A DNA stretch of 20,000 nucleotides from an uncultured virus (IMG/VR IMGVR_UViG_3300017698_000118) (taxonomy: Duplodnaviria; Heunggongvirae; Uroviricota; Caudoviricetes). This document shows, in pieces, positions 17,101 to 20,000 of this stretch. The stretch covers positions 53,365-73,364 of IMG/VR virus record IMGVR_UViG_3300017698_000118; one strand, given 5' to 3'. The position numbers and the translations under genes were made by a program. A model generated the notes under the pieces. That model worked only from the letters and a program-made list of their open reading frames with translations. It searched no databases and had not been told where the DNA came from. Position 1 is the stretch's first letter; each line of letters begins with the position of its first letter.

Positions 17101-20000
17101 TGGGGCAACAGTTTGAATGGTCTTACGGATGGGTGTATTGCCTTCATCCGGCTTATCCCAGTTAGGATCAGCTTCGAGTAAAGGCAATATCACTTGATCT
17201 TTATCCCCCACCACTTCTGCGTAAGCTTGGCTATGCACCGCATGAGGTGATTCAGGAAAAGTCACATCAAAACCAGTAGCAGGAACATTTTCTCCTGATT
17301 CATTTGTAGTTGTTTTCAGTTTTATAAACTTTTGGCGAATAGCAGTATTGCTGCCTTCTGGCTGGATCTCTACATCTCTCAATTCGTAGAAACCTTTACC
17401 ACCTGTATTGGCTGCTACAGCAATCATACCCAGCTGTTGAGCCAAGGCAGACTCTGTAACCGCAGCAGCATCAGGAGCTATCTTGACCCCCATTCTACGC
17501 ATGGCAACAGAACCCACACTGTCAGCCACCAATCCAAGAGGCATACCTATGCCGGAGTAAAGTGCATACTCTCTATCGGTTAAAGTATCACCATCTGCGT
17601 CTTTATGGAGAATCCCCAGAATAGTGGCTTCATCGTTGTGCAGAGTAGATTTACCCTGAGTAACTGACCACTCGTAGAATGCTAACCCCAACTTTTCAGC
17701 AGCAGGTCGATCAAGGCTACCATCCAAATTAGTCAATAGATCCAGAGGAGAGAATTCTTTATTTTCAGGATTGAATATAATGTCCTGATCTTTACGAATC
17801 AGTGAATCAAGATTATCCACAAAGTTATTAACAAAGCTAGCCACAGATTCAAAATAGGAGGTTTCAGAATCTGTATTGATTCGTTCCAGCGTCATTGCTT
17901 TGAAAGGTTTATTCCATGTCTTCCAGCTCACCTGCATAGAACGGTTACGCACAGAATTAACATAACGCTGATAAGCATCCTTTACTGCTTCTTTAGAAGG
18001 GAAGTACTTCTGCATTTCAGGGAGAATACGGGAAGCCTTACCCCCTTTCTGTAACTCAGGTATTACCTGATCTTCCATAAACTGCTTATCCGCATCATCC
18101 ATAGATGCAAGTGTCTGTGTATCAGGATTACCTTCGTAATTAATTTTACGCTTACCTTTTTTCTGCCCTTCTACTTGGTTAAGTATTACATCTTGATTGT
18201 GTTTAGCTGTAGCTTGGATATCATCAAGCCCGGTTTGATCCACAGAAACAGCAGATACCCCGTAAGCCAGTTTCGCTGAATCAGAAACAATATTAGGTAG
18301 CACGTTCTTACTGAATGCATCTAAAGCAGAATCCAGCATGAAGCCATCAGCTCTGGCTACAATTACATTGATTTGGTTATCACTATCCAGCTCTACAGAA
18401 ACGGATGCATCAGGTAGGTAAGCATTTAAGTACTCCTCTAAGCTACTCTGTACAGTAGTATTTTCATCCTCTGTATTAAATAAGGTAGCTGTAGCAAAAG
18501 CCGCTTTACGTTTGCCACCCTTCTGCGCCCAATTAAACACACGATCAAGTAAAGGACTCTCCTGTGTCTCTGCCGCATTCTCACTCTCCGCTTCCTGCGC
18601 TACGGGCTGAAGCCCTTCGCTTGGAGCTGCGAGCTCGAACGCTTCATCCAGCTTACTGATAGTGTTATCGGATTTTGCTGCTACACCTGTATCAGAAATG
18701 TATGAACCATCAGGTAACTTGAAGTAGATCTTATTCTTACCATTTACCCGAATCACTGCTTTCTGGAGATTACGGCGTTTTGCATGAAACTTAACACGAG
18801 CGCGATTAATCAATTTCTGGCTAGAAGGTACTTTGCCCTCAAGATCCGTTACAGAGCCATCATCATTAACAATTAATGTCTCCTCTTTGCCTTTAGTGTT
18901 TTTTACTTTGACACTATTAGCCGGAGCATTTTCTTGAGGCTGCTCTTGTGCAGGCGCTTCACTCTCTGCAACAGAAGGCTCTTGATAGGCAGGAACATCA
19001 ACACGGCCTTCTGTCATGGAATCCAGAGAAGCTTTTTGGGACTCAAGTAGTTCAGCTTCACGATCAAAGTTTGCTTCCATTCTCCCGCCGAATGGATTCA
19101 CCTGCTTACCGTTACTGGCTGTTTGACCCAAGAATTTGAAATTTTGATTACCCGGGATAGCTTGCCATTGCTTCTCTAGACGACGTACTTCGTCTAAATT
19201 ACCTGCTTCAAAAGCACGAGCAGCAGCTTTGAATACTGCGCGTTTCTGTTTGTGTCTGTCGTAGAAATCCATGAACTGTTTGGATTTCAACTTAGCAGTA
19301 TCGGTATCGCCTTTCAGAAGTGCCTGACCTACGCTACGGATACGATCAATCTGGCTCTCTGAACGTGCATTACCCCCGATGATTTCAGAGGATACCTTGT
19401 CAGTATCAGGGGCATTACTCTGCGTCTCCGCTTGTTGCAAAGCAGCCTGTACATCTCTATTTGTTTTTAAATGACGTGCAGCAGCTCTCCTCACATCTCT
19501 GGGAAGAGAATTGTTTTCCTGAATCTTCTGCAAAGAGTCGATAGAATCTTGTGATCCATCGAAAGCAGTACCCAGTACTACTTCCTTGCTGGCGGCTTCT
19601 TTCAACTCAGGGGAAGCATTTTCATCTGAAAGTACAGTTTCAGGATTTTTTAACTCAGGATTTCTTTCGTATTTAATCCCTTCATTAACACCGGATATAG
19701 TGTCGTACAGTCTGGCTTGAGTAGATTCTTTCTTTTCAATGCTGCTTGAGAGGCTACTAATCTGGTCTTTATTTGTTTCAGGATCTTTTTGTAATTGCTC
19801 TAGTTGAGCTTTATCTGCTTTGATCTCTTTGCCCAGATCCAAAGCCTTATTTGTAGCTTCACTTAAAGCTTCTTCTCTCTGTTCCAGTGTGTTACTAGTA
19901 TCTGTTGCTACTTTTATAGATTCTTCTGCCTCAAAGGCATTAACACTATCTGCTACTTTTTTAGTGTAGCTTTTTTGTCTACTATTCTTTGTCTTTTCTT
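11075..20000 (-). CDS. Virion-encapsidated RNA polymerase (N4 gp50-like vRNAP), 5'-partial; frame break at N 16554, in-frame TAG at 11420-11422
   Basis: Frame is open from 19998. Contains DPQNNKMVRH, motif A FREVDGTNNG (about 16460-16490), motif B RNIAKNPLMTMIFG (16007-16048), motif C LNIHDA (Asp 15101-15103), HELVH, VDYRYVM, FEAGVYQSI, TQLGDFMARYALH. Past the TAG it reads FINYDTP...QYANDMGLVMFTKFWLRNQRVL. No Cys seen in the translated parts. Convergent with the replication block as in N4. Confidence 0.95.
18637..18915 (-). repeat. Degenerate tandem protein repeat (2 x about 40 aa) within vRNAP N-terminal region
   Basis: GKEETLIVNDDGSVTDLEGKVPSSQKLINRARVKF aligns without gaps to GKNKIYFKLPDGSYISDTGVAAKSDNTISKLDEAF (9/35 identical by hand). 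Confidence 0.55.

Noticed and set aside
11895..19139. Short + strand and alternate-frame ORFs inside vRNAP
   Set aside because: They are 61-83 aa, fully nested in a conserved gene, and carry no recognisable signals.

Overview
A segment of an N4-like phage (Schitoviridae) genome in canonical N4 gene order. The + strand carries the replication block: a partial MazG-like NTP pyrophosphohydrolase, an intrinsic terminator, a Dda-like helicase, a hypothetical gene, a family A DNA polymerase, a PD-(D/E)XK Cas4-like nuclease, a helicase/primase, a Sak4-like ATPase, SSB, a RuvC-like resolvase, an acidic-tailed protein and a small membrane protein. It converges on a giant cysteine-free virion RNA polymerase (vRNAP, about 2970+ codons, running off the right edge) on the - strand. 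The ORF track fragments three genes. DNA polymerase has an in-frame TAA and really continues to 5090. vRNAP has a frame break at an N (16554) and an in-frame TAG (11420-11422) and really continues to 11075. The 10452 gene changes frame at an N (10658) and really ends at 10933. The single Ns look like collapsed assembly gaps, so some lesions may be consensus errors. Best leads: the shared SLFS C-terminus of SSB and the acidic protein (possible SSB-tail mimic), in-frame stops in both polymerases, Phe at the vRNAP motif B Tyr position, a RuvC lacking its first catalytic Asp inside a perfect hairpin, and accessory domains in vRNAP. N4 gp numbers and reference motifs are recalled from memory, not searched.
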